This document shows, in pieces, positions 9,282 to 18,078 of a DNA stretch of 64,000 nt; position 1 is the stretch's first letter, and every line of letters begins with the position of its first letter. Made by a program: the position numbers and the translations under genes. The stretch is taken from positions 576,563 through 640,562 of the forward strand of contig JBALVY010000001.1 in assembly GCA_036960375.1 (NCBI GenBank), given 5' to 3'. Source of the stretch: Pseudomonadales bacterium (GTDB taxonomy: Bacteria; Pseudomonadota; Gammaproteobacteria; Pseudomonadales; CAWVSB01). The notes below the pieces were generated by a model that was not told where the DNA came from, made no database searches, and saw nothing but the letters and a program-made list of their open reading frames with translations.

Positions 9282-10415
9282 ATGAGTCAGGAAAATGCTA
9301 CGGCCATGCGGCCGACTCCCACTCATGACGAACAGTCGCGCCAGGCGTTTGACGGTCTGTTGCGCGCACACCTGCGCCAACACGTCTTGCCTGCGGTCAC
9401 TACATTATACGAGGAACGGGTGTTGCCAAAGTTCCGCAAGGAGCACGAGCGTGATCCGGCCACGAAAAGTGAAGTAGCCAAGGCGATGACCGCGGAGAAT
9501 TACTATCAGACCTGGAGTTACATGCAGCGTCTGAGCCAGCAATTATTGTGGGACTCGGTGATCGATTCGGTAGAGCGTTCCTTGCCGGAACTTATCGAGA
9601 GGGCAAAGGGCTTGACCGAGCTGGGGTCACTGACGCTCGACCCGGAGTTGGAAATACCGCGCTACCACACCTCCCATGACATTCATCAGCAGCCCGGTGG
9701 CTATCATTCCGAGTTCACCGAGGACGACGTCGCTGCGGGTGCGATATTTGATACCGGAGTGCCTATCTATTCGGGTGGTATCATGGGCGCAGCCAACGAT
9801 GTGCTCGGGCAAACTGTCGTCAGTTACTTCCGTGACACGTTTGCGCAACGCAAACCGTCCAAAATTCTCGATCTGGGTTGTGCGATAGGTAACTCTACCG
9901 TGCCCTGGGCTCAGGCATTCCCGGAGGCGGAAGTGCACGGTCTTGAAGTGGGTGCACCATGTTTGCGTTATGCGCATGCCCGGGCAAACGCGATGGGTGT
10001 GGAGGTGCATTTTCATCAGCAAAATGCCGAGTCCATGAACTTTCCCGATGAAAGCTTCGACCTGATCACCTCGTGTATTCTACTGCATGAAACATCGGTG
10101 CCCGCCCTGGCCAATATCCTGCGAGAATGCCACCGCCTGTTGAAGCCGGGAGGCATCATGATGCACCAGGATGGCTCGCTGACGTCATCCTGGGAGCCGC
10201 TGCGTGCATTCATGGCAGACTGGGAGGTAAGCAATAACAATGAGCCTTTTCTCGGCACCCTACGTAACCTTGATCTTCAGCAGGCCTATGTTGCGGCCGG
10301 ATTTGCGCTGGAAAAAATCAACTTCACTACAGCCCCGGTAGGCGGCAGCCAGCCCGCCCAGCGCGGTTATTTAAGTGGTTTTGGTGCAGTTCCGATCTAT
10401 TTGGCGGAGAAATAA
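9282..10415 (+). CDS. Class I SAM-dependent methyltransferase MT2, paralog of MT1
   Basis: 377 aa. Motif I is ILDLGCAIGNST; VHGLEVGAP and LLKPGG are also present. It has the same N-terminal extension as MT1. RBS GAGGGAAAA lies upstream. Confidence 0.8.
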   Translation: MSQENATAMRPTPTHDEQSRQAFDGLLRAHLRQHVLPAVTTLYEERVLPKFRKEHERDPATKSEVAKAMTAENYYQTWSYMQRLSQQLLWDSVIDSVERSLPELIERAKGLTELGSLTLDPELEIPRYHTSHDIHQQPGGYHSEFTEDDVAAGAIFDTGVPIYSGGIMGAANDVLGQTVVSYFRDTFAQRKPSKILDLGCAIGNSTVPWAQAFPEAEVHGLEVGAPCLRYAHARANAMGVEVHFHQQNAESMNFPDESFDLITSCILLHETSVPALANILRECHRLLKPGGIMMHQDGSLTSSWEPLRAFMADWEVSNNNEPFLGTLRNLDLQQAYVAAGFALEKINFTTAPVGGSQPAQRGYLSGFGAVPIYLAEK

Positions 10416-10416
10416 C

Positions 10417-10740
10417 ATGTCTGACACAGAAACAAAAGTAAAACTCGCTCGGGTAGCCCGAGGCAAACGCCCCGCGTATCTGGATGACAGGGCGATCGAT
10501 AACCTCTATGCCATTGTGGTCACCATGATGCAGGAAAATGTGGTGTTGCGGGACCGCTTAGATACACTGGAACTGCTGCTTGAGCGGCAGGGTGTTGTGT
10601 TACAGCAGCAAATAGAAACGTTCGTGCCAGACAAAGAGGCAGCCGACTCTCGCGAGCAGCGCAACAGGTCCTATATCGAGAAGTTGTTTCGCTGCCTGCA
10701 GGATGACCGCCAGCAGTTTGACGACAAGGTACAGGCATAA
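10417..10740 (+). CDS. Small predicted alpha-helical protein S2, paralog of S1
   Basis: 107 aa from ATG 10417 (MSDTETKVKLARV...), 1 nt after the MT2 stop (TAA c ATG). The track ORF 10375..10740 is an upstream extension into MT2. Confidence 0.6.
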   Translation: MSDTETKVKLARVARGKRPAYLDDRAIDNLYAIVVTMMQENVVLRDRLDTLELLLERQGVVLQQQIETFVPDKEAADSREQRNRSYIEKLFRCLQDDRQQFDDKVQA

Positions 10741-10759
10741 TGATTGTTCCGCAGGAGAT

Positions 10760-12265
10760 ATGCGTGTGAGTAAAAATGGCCTGAGCACGGAAACTCTTGC
10801 GTTTCTGCAAGGTCCCCGTAGCCTTCTTATTAATGGAGAGGCGGTGACAGGTAGCGGCGAGACCGTATCGATTGTTGACCCTTCGAGCGGAGAAGTCATC
10901 TGTGATTTCCCGTTGGCGTCAGCTGCGGATATCGACGCTGCGGTGACTGCAGCACGCAGTGCATTGACGCGGCCGAGCTGGTCCGGTATGTCAGGTTACG
11001 AGCGTGCGACATGCCTTTACCGACTGGCAGACCTGATAGAGGCTCATGCCGAGACCCTGGCGGAAATCGAGTCGCTGGATTTTGGCATGCCGATCCGGAT
11101 GAGCCGAGCGATGATGGCGAGCGTGCCGAGCAAGCATCTGCGTTACTGCGCTGGCTGGGCCACGCGCCTCGACGGCACTACCAAAAGCAGTTTCCCCGAT
11201 ACGCAAACCGGTGGCATCCACGGTTTTACGTTTCGAGAGCCGGTGGGGGTAGTGGGAGCTATAATTCCCTGGAATTCACCCATGGTTATGGCCATCATTA
11301 AGCTGGCTCCGGCCTTGGCTTGTGGCTGTACTATCGTGCTCAAACCCTCCGAGCTCACCCCGCTGACCGCCCAGTATCTCGGTGAGCTTGCGGCGGCAGC
11401 AGGGTTTCCGCCCGGCGTGATCAATATCGTACCGGGCCTTGGCTACGAAGCCGGGCAGGCGCTGGTCGATCACCCGCTACTGGCGAAGATAGCATTCACC
11501 GGTTCCAGTAATGCGGCCAGGGCTATTGTCGGATCTGTGGCTGAAAAGCTGACGCCTGTGGCGCTGGAACTGGGTGGTAAGGCTCCGGCCATTATCTGCG
11601 CCGACGCCAATCTGGACGCGGCGGCGCGCGTGGCAGCGGGCAGCTGTACCTCACTACAGGGGCAAAGCTGCGCAGCGATTACCCGTATTTATGTCGAGCG
11701 CGCGGTATACCCGCAGTTCCTGGAACGTCTCACTGCAAACCTGCAGGCGCTAAAAATAGGACCGGCGCTGGACGAAAGTAGCAGTCTCGGTCCACTGGTT
11801 TCCGCCTCCCAGTACCAGCGCGTGCAATCGTATATCGCTGCGGGTATTAGTGCAGGCGCCACGGCGCTTTCAGTCAGTTCGACACTGCCGGAGGGCGACG
11901 GTTTTTATATCGCACCGGTGATTTTCACCGACACCAAGCCCTCTATGTCGATAGTCTCTGATGAGATATTTGGGCCGGTGGTAGTGGTTGAGCCCTTCGA
12001 CTCGCTGGATGAGGCGATAGCCCTGGCGAACGATTCGCCCTATGGCCTGTTTGCCAGTGCCTGGACTGCCAGTATCGACAAGGCTCATTTTCTAATGAGG
12101 GTGCTGGATGTAGGTTACGTGGCCATCAATGGCTCGGGGGCGTTCGATGCCTCCATGCCCTTCGGCGGAGTCAAGCAATCCGGCTGGGGGCGCGAATTCG
12201 GCGAGGAGTCAGTGACTCACTACACCCGTATTAAGACGGTTGCTGTCACCTACGACGTCTCCTGA
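10760..12265 (+). CDS. NAD(P)+-dependent aldehyde dehydrogenase
   Basis: 501 aa from ATG 10760 (MRVSKNGLSTETLAFLQGPRSLLINGEAV), preceded by GGAG. Motifs LELGGKA and QGQSCAAITR. The track start at 10703 would overlap S2. Confidence 0.9.
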   Translation: MRVSKNGLSTETLAFLQGPRSLLINGEAVTGSGETVSIVDPSSGEVICDFPLASAADIDAAVTAARSALTRPSWSGMSGYERATCLYRLADLIEAHAETLAEIESLDFGMPIRMSRAMMASVPSKHLRYCAGWATRLDGTTKSSFPDTQTGGIHGFTFREPVGVVGAIIPWNSPMVMAIIKLAPALACGCTIVLKPSELTPLTAQYLGELAAAAGFPPGVINIVPGLGYEAGQALVDHPLLAKIAFTGSSNAARAIVGSVAEKLTPVALELGGKAPAIICADANLDAAARVAAGSCTSLQGQSCAAITRIYVERAVYPQFLERLTANLQALKIGPALDESSSLGPLVSASQYQRVQSYIAAGISAGATALSVSSTLPEGDGFYIAPVIFTDTKPSMSIVSDEIFGPVVVVEPFDSLDEAIALANDSPYGLFASAWTASIDKAHFLMRVLDVGYVAINGSGAFDASMPFGGVKQSGWGREFGEESVTHYTRIKTVAVTYDVS

Positions 12266-12345
12266 CCGCGATTTCATCCTGCCAGGCGGTAATCCGAGTC
12301 GCAGGCAGGTTCCCTTTCTGGAGAGATCGCTTTCTGTGCTGGGTA

Positions 12346-13632
12346 CTAGCCCGCCTGTTTTTCTTTGATAAACGCCAGGTTGGAGGATTCAACCTTTTCT
12401 ATCCAGCCGTCATACCTTTTCAGCGTTTGCGAAAACGGCTCTACCGATCCTGCCAGATAATCCAGCAGGTTGGCGGGTTTGAGTCCCGGTATAACGCTGC
12501 GCAGTGCCTCATTAATCCGGATTTTGGTTTCGTAGCGCTTGCGTAGCTTGGGCTCCAGCGGCATGGCGTAAATGCTGAGTCGCAGTAGCGCATGCATATC
12601 GGGAACCCGTGACGCGGTGTATGCTTCCAGGGCTTTGCCGCGGTCGCCCGAAAACTGTTTCAGCAGGCGCGCGATGATAACCGCGTCTTCCAGAGACGAG
12701 TTACACCCCTGACCGACGCTTGGCGGCACGGCATGGGCTGCGTCACCAAGTAGGCAGGCGTGGTTTTCAAAGTGGTAGCGGTCTAGCTTGATCGTGCGGC
12801 ACTGGAGGATTTTCCGTTCGAGGAAAGCCTTACGCTCATCCTCGGGGACAGCTGCGACCACTTCCGGGCAGCTTTTCTCCATCATCGACCACTGGTGACC
12901 GGCGTTGGTGGTTTCCTCGTTGCTGGCAGCGAATACCAGATTGCAGGTGGCCGTTCCGTTGGGATTTGGTATCGCGCCAACCATCAGGCCGCCGGGTAAC
13001 AGCCAGGCGTGCAACTCGTTGGGCCCTATAGACAGCTGGTCGCGACCATTCTTGTCGAGATAGAAATTTCGATATACCCGAGAGTAGGGTTTATCCTCAC
13101 AGGCGAAATCGGCGTCCCGCTCCAGCACTTGGCGCAGTCTGGAACCGGCCCCGTCGGCACCGAACAGAAGGTCATAGGCCTCGATCGTGTTTTGGCCCTG
13201 CATACTGAAATGAACCTCTTTTTGCTGCAGGTCCACATCGGTGCATTGTGCGCCAAAATGAATGTGGAAACGCTCGGAATTTAATTCCTCCAGCGAATCG
13301 AGCAAGCACTGTATCAACTCGTTGCGTTCACAGAGCCTAAATGGCTCCTTGACTTTGTTGCGCCGGACTGCCGGCGGCATCCAGTTGCGCATGCGCTCCT
13401 CGATCAGGACACAACGCCGGCTTACAGTCTCATCCAGACCGCTGATCTGCGCCAGGGCGTCAAAGCCACGCTTGAAAATAGCGAAGGAAAAACTCTTCTC
13501 GTTCTCCCTGTCCTGCAGTGCGTCGGCCCGTTCAAACACGTGAATGTCGCTGTTGGGTTCCGATTCGAGTAGTAGTCTGGCAAGCAGCAGACCGGCGGGG
13601 CCGGCTCCAAGAATGACAATTTTTTCGCGCAT
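12346..13632 (-). CDS. Group-A FAD-dependent monooxygenase (kynurenine-3-monooxygenase-like)
   Basis: 428 aa. N-terminal IVILGAGPAGLLLARLL dinucleotide fold. LLGDAAHAVPPSVGQGCNSSLEDA motif. Confidence 0.85.
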   Translation of the reverse strand: MREKIVILGAGPAGLLLARLLLESEPNSDIHVFERADALQDRENEKSFSFAIFKRGFDALAQISGLDETVSRRCVLIEERMRNWMPPAVRRNKVKEPFRLCERNELIQCLLDSLEELNSERFHIHFGAQCTDVDLQQKEVHFSMQGQNTIEAYDLLFGADGAGSRLRQVLERDADFACEDKPYSRVYRNFYLDKNGRDQLSIGPNELHAWLLPGGLMVGAIPNPNGTATCNLVFAASNEETTNAGHQWSMMEKSCPEVVAAVPEDERKAFLERKILQCRTIKLDRYHFENHACLLGDAAHAVPPSVGQGCNSSLEDAVIIARLLKQFSGDRGKALEAYTASRVPDMHALLRLSIYAMPLEPKLRKRYETKIRINEALRSVIPGLKPANLLDYLAGSVEPFSQTLKRYDGWIEKVESSNLAFIKEKQAG

Positions 13633-13790
13633 AATGGTCTCTGTAGTTTGGTAGCGAATTACTGGATAGGGTTATAATAGGACGTCCCCCGGTTTGCGCC
13701 TACCTGTCCGCATAGTGGGCTTGTCGCGCGATCAATCGGCTCCACGCTAGGATTAGCACTAATCTTTCCATCCACTTTACCACTAGGATA

Positions 13791-14630
13791 TTGAGAGCCG
13801 TGAATAAAAAACCTCTACGCCCCATCACCCAGGATCTCATCGATCAGTATGAACGAGACGGCGTTGTCTGCGTCCGAGGTATGTTTGACCCGGAGTGGCC
13901 TGAACTATTGTTGAAAGCGTTTGAACGGATCGAACATGACCCGGAAGAGCATGGCCTTCTTCCCTGGGCTATTGGCGGCTACAAATATCTGTGGCATAAA
14001 GTGCCGGAATTTCGATCCTACGTGCTCGACTCTCCGGCTGCTGAGGTGGTGGGGCGAGTCATCGGTGCCAGTTATACCCGCTTCTTTTTTGATCAGGTGT
14101 TCGCCAAGGACCCCCGTTCCACCAAGCCGACGGTTTGGCACAATGATATTCCCGGCTGGCCCACCGACGGCGAGCAGATACCCTCGTTCTGGATGGCCCT
14201 GACGCCTGTGTGCAAGGCCAACAGCCTCGAGTGCATCGCCGGCACGCACAAGGACGAAACCGTGTACTGGAATATCACCAACAACTCCCGCAAGATGATC
14301 CAGCCGCCGGACCGGCACCGCTGCCCGGATATGAATTTGCGGCGTGACGACCCGGATCTACAGTTCCTGAGCTGGGACATGGAGCCGGGTGATGCCCTGG
14401 TGATTCATCCTCGGGTATTGCATTATTCCAGCGGTAATCCGACTGACCAGCGCCGTGTTGCCCTGTCCACCCGTTGGGGTGGTAGCGATATTGTCTGGAA
14501 TCCCCGGCCAGAGTGCATGAATTTGCCAGGTATCTCGTTTGACGAAATGATTCCGGGGAAGAAACCCTCCGGTCCACTGTTCCCACTTGTTTGGGAGGCC
14601 ACGCCCGGTGCTGGTAATGAGGATTTATGA
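13791..14630 (+). CDS. PhyH-family Fe(II)/2-oxoglutarate dioxygenase
   Basis: 279 aa. ITQDLIDQYERDGVVCVRG is a PhyH-type N-terminus. WHND provides the H-x-D facial triad and VLHYSSGN the distal His. The start is uncertain (TTG 13791 or GTG 13799). Confidence 0.8.
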   Translation: MRAVNKKPLRPITQDLIDQYERDGVVCVRGMFDPEWPELLLKAFERIEHDPEEHGLLPWAIGGYKYLWHKVPEFRSYVLDSPAAEVVGRVIGASYTRFFFDQVFAKDPRSTKPTVWHNDIPGWPTDGEQIPSFWMALTPVCKANSLECIAGTHKDETVYWNITNNSRKMIQPPDRHRCPDMNLRRDDPDLQFLSWDMEPGDALVIHPRVLHYSSGNPTDQRRVALSTRWGGSDIVWNPRPECMNLPGISFDEMIPGKKPSGPLFPLVWEATPGAGNEDL

Positions 14631-14669
14631 CATATTTTACGCTTTTAGTAACCCGTTCTCCGGCTATGT

Positions 14670-16079
14670 ATGACTGAGCCCGTGGTAGCGACAGCGCCCG
14701 CCGCCAGCGCACCTGCCGAGCCCCGCGAGCTGCCCCTGTTGGTTTGCTTCGGCTGGGGTATCGGCTCTCTCGGTATGAACGTGTTCGGCTTTGCCAAACT
14801 GTTATTATTGCGATTCATGACCGATATTCTGGGAATCACGCCGGCGGTTGCCGGGCTGCTGATGTCTGGTTCGAAGCTCTACGATGCGGCCACTGACCCT
14901 GTTATGGGCATTATCAGTGACCGGACCTCGACCCGCTGGGGCAGGCGCCGCCCCTACCTGTTGCTCGGCGCGATATTATGTGGTCTGAGCTTTGTCTTTC
15001 TGTTCAATGTGCCGGTATTTGAACGGCCGGGGTTCACTGCCGCGGTGATCGGCTTCGCCCTCATTCTCTACTCAACCGCCTATACGGTGTTTAATGTACC
15101 CTACATGGCCATGCCGGCGGAAATGACCGATAACTACCATGAACGCTCCTTTCTCATCACTTTCCGCGTTTATGGCATTGCCTTCGGCCAGGTCATCGGT
15201 GGGTTTGTCGGCCCCCTGATTATTGCCTATTATGGCGGCGGTTATTACGGCCATAGCATGATGGCCTGGGCCATCGGCGCAGTTGTATTGGTGGCCCTGC
15301 TGACCTGCTTCGCCACCACCGGCCGGGCCAAATTCACGCAACGCGATGAAACTGTCCAGCGCGGCTGGCGTGAACAGTGGCGCACCGCGAGATCCAATAA
15401 GCCGTTTGTCATTCTTCTCATCAGCAAGCTGGCCACCCTGACCGGTACCAGCATCATGTTTGTGTCCCTATCTTATTTTGTAACGCTGATACTCGAGGTC
15501 AGCTATACCTGGTTGGGGTATTTCGCCCTTAGCATTACTATCGGCATGATACTGTCGCAGCCTGTCTGGCTGAAGCTTAGTCGCCGCTATGGCAAGAGAA
15601 TATGTTTTATCAGTGCCTCAATCCTGTTCGCCCTGGTCAGCCTGACGTGGTTGGCGAGTTCCAACGGTGAGGCCGCCTTTATTTCCATTAGCCGCAGTGT
15701 GGTGCTAGGTCTGGCATCCGGCGGTATCCTGCTGATGGGTCAGTCCATGTTGCCTGATACCATCGAGTTGGATAACCGGCGTACCGGGCTGCGTCGGGAG
15801 GGTATCTTTTCTGGACTTTACACCACGGTAGAGAAGCTCGGCTCGGCTTTTGGCGCGGGCTTCGCTGGCTTGACCCTCAGTTTTGCCGGCTACATTGCTT
15901 CCACCGAGAGCGAAACGGTGGTCCAGCCGGCCAGTGCTATTACGGGTATCTATATCTGTCTGGCAGTATTGCCCGCGGTCACCGCGTTGCTCAGCGCGAT
16001 TGCCATGATTTGGTACGATCTGTCGGAAGAAAAGCTTAAGAGTACAACGCTCGTAGTGGAGGAGACGCCGCCGGTATAA
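14670..16079 (+). CDS. MFS transporter, glycoside-pentoside-hexuronide (GPH) family
   Basis: 469 aa with about 12 TM segments. GPH signature DPVMGIISDRTSTRWGRRRPYLLLG. Confidence 0.85.
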   Translation: MTEPVVATAPAASAPAEPRELPLLVCFGWGIGSLGMNVFGFAKLLLLRFMTDILGITPAVAGLLMSGSKLYDAATDPVMGIISDRTSTRWGRRRPYLLLGAILCGLSFVFLFNVPVFERPGFTAAVIGFALILYSTAYTVFNVPYMAMPAEMTDNYHERSFLITFRVYGIAFGQVIGGFVGPLIIAYYGGGYYGHSMMAWAIGAVVLVALLTCFATTGRAKFTQRDETVQRGWREQWRTARSNKPFVILLISKLATLTGTSIMFVSLSYFVTLILEVSYTWLGYFALSITIGMILSQPVWLKLSRRYGKRICFISASILFALVSLTWLASSNGEAAFISISRSVVLGLASGGILLMGQSMLPDTIELDNRRTGLRREGIFSGLYTTVEKLGSAFGAGFAGLTLSFAGYIASTESETVVQPASAITGIYICLAVLPAVTALLSAIAMIWYDLSEEKLKSTTLVVEETPPV

Positions 16080-16155
16080 GCTTAGCGCTAATGCGTGTCC
16101 AGGTGTGCAGCGCGCAGGTAGGATTGGTTTTTTTTACCAGCGCCCGGGCTGGCTC

Positions 16156-16962
16156 TTAGTTGATGGCCTGGTCTGTATCGGAATACTGGTTGCGGGTGGT
16201 GGTGCGCTTCGCATACTGCTCGCCGATCTCATCGGCAGTAGAGCGCAGCTCCGGGATGAACCGTTCAAGGGCTGTTTCCAGTGACTCGATATAGAGCGAG
16301 GAATAGCGGGTTGTCAGGCAGGCAAAGGCGTGTTTTTTTTCAAATATTGGAATCGATATCGCCGTCATGTTCTCGTCCGATACCTGCGTATCATAGCCTC
16401 GGCTACGTATTTCAGAGAGTTTTTTGCGCCACTGCGCAGGGTCTCTTACCACCTCGTCTCGCGGGCTCGCGCTGGTTTTCGAGATCAAGTCCACAAATGT
16501 ATTGCGATCTTTGTCCGAGCAAAAGGCGAGAAATGTCCTGCCCGATGCGCTTCCGGCCATCGATGTACACCAGCCGGTGGGTATTCTGTAGTTCGCTAGG
16601 CGACTGTGATAATCGGTGGCGGCGCGTACCATCATATTGAGGCCGCTGGGGACAGTTAGGTTGACTGGCCAGATAAGCTTCCGGCCCAGTTGCTCGATTT
16701 TTGGCCTTACGATACTGGCGATCCACAGTTCATCGATGTAGCCGTCACTGAGCCCCCGTACCTTGAGAGTGAGCCAGTAGGCGCCACTGAGCTCATCCCG
16801 TAGAACATAGTCCTCGGCACGGAGTGTCTCCAGCATTCGGTGTGCTGTGCCACGCGACAGCGAACACCGCTTTGCCACCTGGTTGGAGGTAAGGCCATTA
16901 TGCCGGTTGAGCAGCTCCAGTACGGCAAGCCCCCGTTCGAGTGACTGAACTGTTTTTGTCAT
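16156..16962 (-). CDS. IclR-family transcriptional regulator
   Basis: 268 aa. N-terminal wHTH (SLERGLAVLELL...GLTSNQVAKRCSLSRGTAHRMLETL) followed by an IclR effector domain. Confidence 0.9.
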   Translation of the reverse strand: MTKTVQSLERGLAVLELLNRHNGLTSNQVAKRCSLSRGTAHRMLETLRAEDYVLRDELSGAYWLTLKVRGLSDGYIDELWIASIVRPKIEQLGRKLIWPVNLTVPSGLNMMVRAATDYHSRLANYRIPTGWCTSMAGSASGRTFLAFCSDKDRNTFVDLISKTSASPRDEVVRDPAQWRKKLSEIRSRGYDTQVSDENMTAISIPIFEKKHAFACLTTRYSSLYIESLETALERFIPELRSTADEIGEQYAKRTTTRNQYSDTDQAIN

Positions 16963-17070
16963 GTCGCTAGCGTCCTTCCTGATTAATCTGCATTACTTCG
17001 GGTTGCCAAGCGCTAATGAAATGCGGTGAATCCTGATAGGGCCCATCATAGCACCCCTTGTCGATTGGGA

Positions 17071-17898
17071 TCAGGCCGCGGGCTTCGCCGGTGGATTGTT
17101 GATCAGGGCAATTATTGCTTGGCTCCAGCGTTCTGCTTCATCCCAAATGATCTGCGAGGTGCCACCTTCGATCTCTGTGTACTGGAATGTCGGTTTTATC
17201 CGGCTGGCCCGCTCGGCAAGGTGATGAATGATGTCACCCGTATTAGAGAGTATGGTAGTAGGGCAGATAACGCGTGTCAGCGCATCGCCGAGGTCGTAGG
17301 AAAAAGAAGCCTGATGTCCGTACCATTCACTGTCTCCGGCAATCATCGCGCACAGAGTAGACATGTGGGTGGCGGCCAGCGAAGCGGTATTGCCCGTTTT
17401 GCCGTGGCTGACCTTCCAGCGGGCCATAAAATGCGACCCGTCTTCCCGTGGAGACTGGTCTAGTCGCGGTCGGGCTTGACGTTCGCTGCGCTCTTGGGCG
17501 GTATATACCGGTGGTGAGTGCAATATCAGATGCCGTACCTGTTCGGGGTGGTTGGCCGCCACTGCGCCCGCCACAGCTGCGCCTGTGTGGTGACCCACTA
17601 GCGCTGCTGGTTCGTGGCACAATGCACTGATCGCCACGGCGATGGCAGCGGCGTATTCATCCACGCTGGGTGGCGCTAGTGGAAGGTCGGACATACCGTA
17701 GCCAGGCGTATCCAGAGCGATCACCCTGAATCCGGCGGCGGCCAGCAAGGGTAGGGCGTGCTCGTATTGTACCGATGACTGAGAGGTCTGGTGCAGTAGG
17801 ACCAGAGGCGCACCGCTACCGGCTTCGCGGTAGTGAATCTGGCCGTAGGGTCCGTCGACATAACCTTTGCGGGTCGGTGCAAGATCGATAGCGTTCAT
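17071..17898 (-). CDS. Alpha/beta-hydrolase-fold protein, epoxide-hydrolase/dehalogenase-like but with a non-canonical active site
   Basis: 275 aa from ATG 17898 (MNAIDLAPTRKGYVDGPYGQIHYREAG). LVLLHQTSQSS occupies the place of the HG-x-P motif. LVGHHTGAAV occupies the place of the GHD-x-G nucleophile elbow. The track start at 18072 overlaps the divergent TonB receptor promoter region. Confidence 0.8.
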   Translation of the reverse strand: MNAIDLAPTRKGYVDGPYGQIHYREAGSGAPLVLLHQTSQSSVQYEHALPLLAAAGFRVIALDTPGYGMSDLPLAPPSVDEYAAAIAVAISALCHEPAALVGHHTGAAVAGAVAANHPEQVRHLILHSPPVYTAQERSERQARPRLDQSPREDGSHFMARWKVSHGKTGNTASLAATHMSTLCAMIAGDSEWYGHQASFSYDLGDALTRVICPTTILSNTGDIIHHLAERASRIKPTFQYTEIEGGTSQIIWDEAERWSQAIIALINNPPAKPAA

Positions 17899-18078
17899 AG
17901 TGTTTACCCGATAATGGATGGTTGAGGAGGCAACAAAAACATAAAGATAAACACATTTTGCGAGTACACCAACATGCCCGCGATGTGGGCTGCTTTTAAT
18001 CGCAAATTTATTGGAGAATACTCGCACTTGAAACGTGATCCACCAATTCTTGGCGCGCAGCATAGGAAACATATACTA

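Noticed and set aside
17899-18078. Long N-terminal extensions of the alpha/beta-fold gene (track start 18072) and the TonB receptor (track start 17974), which would overlap each other on opposite strands.
   Set aside because: Internal ATGs at 17898 and 18079 give N-termini typical of the families: MNAIDLAP...GQIHYREAG, and a proper signal peptide MIKFNKLSKAVAIASLPF... They also restore a 180-bp divergent promoter region.
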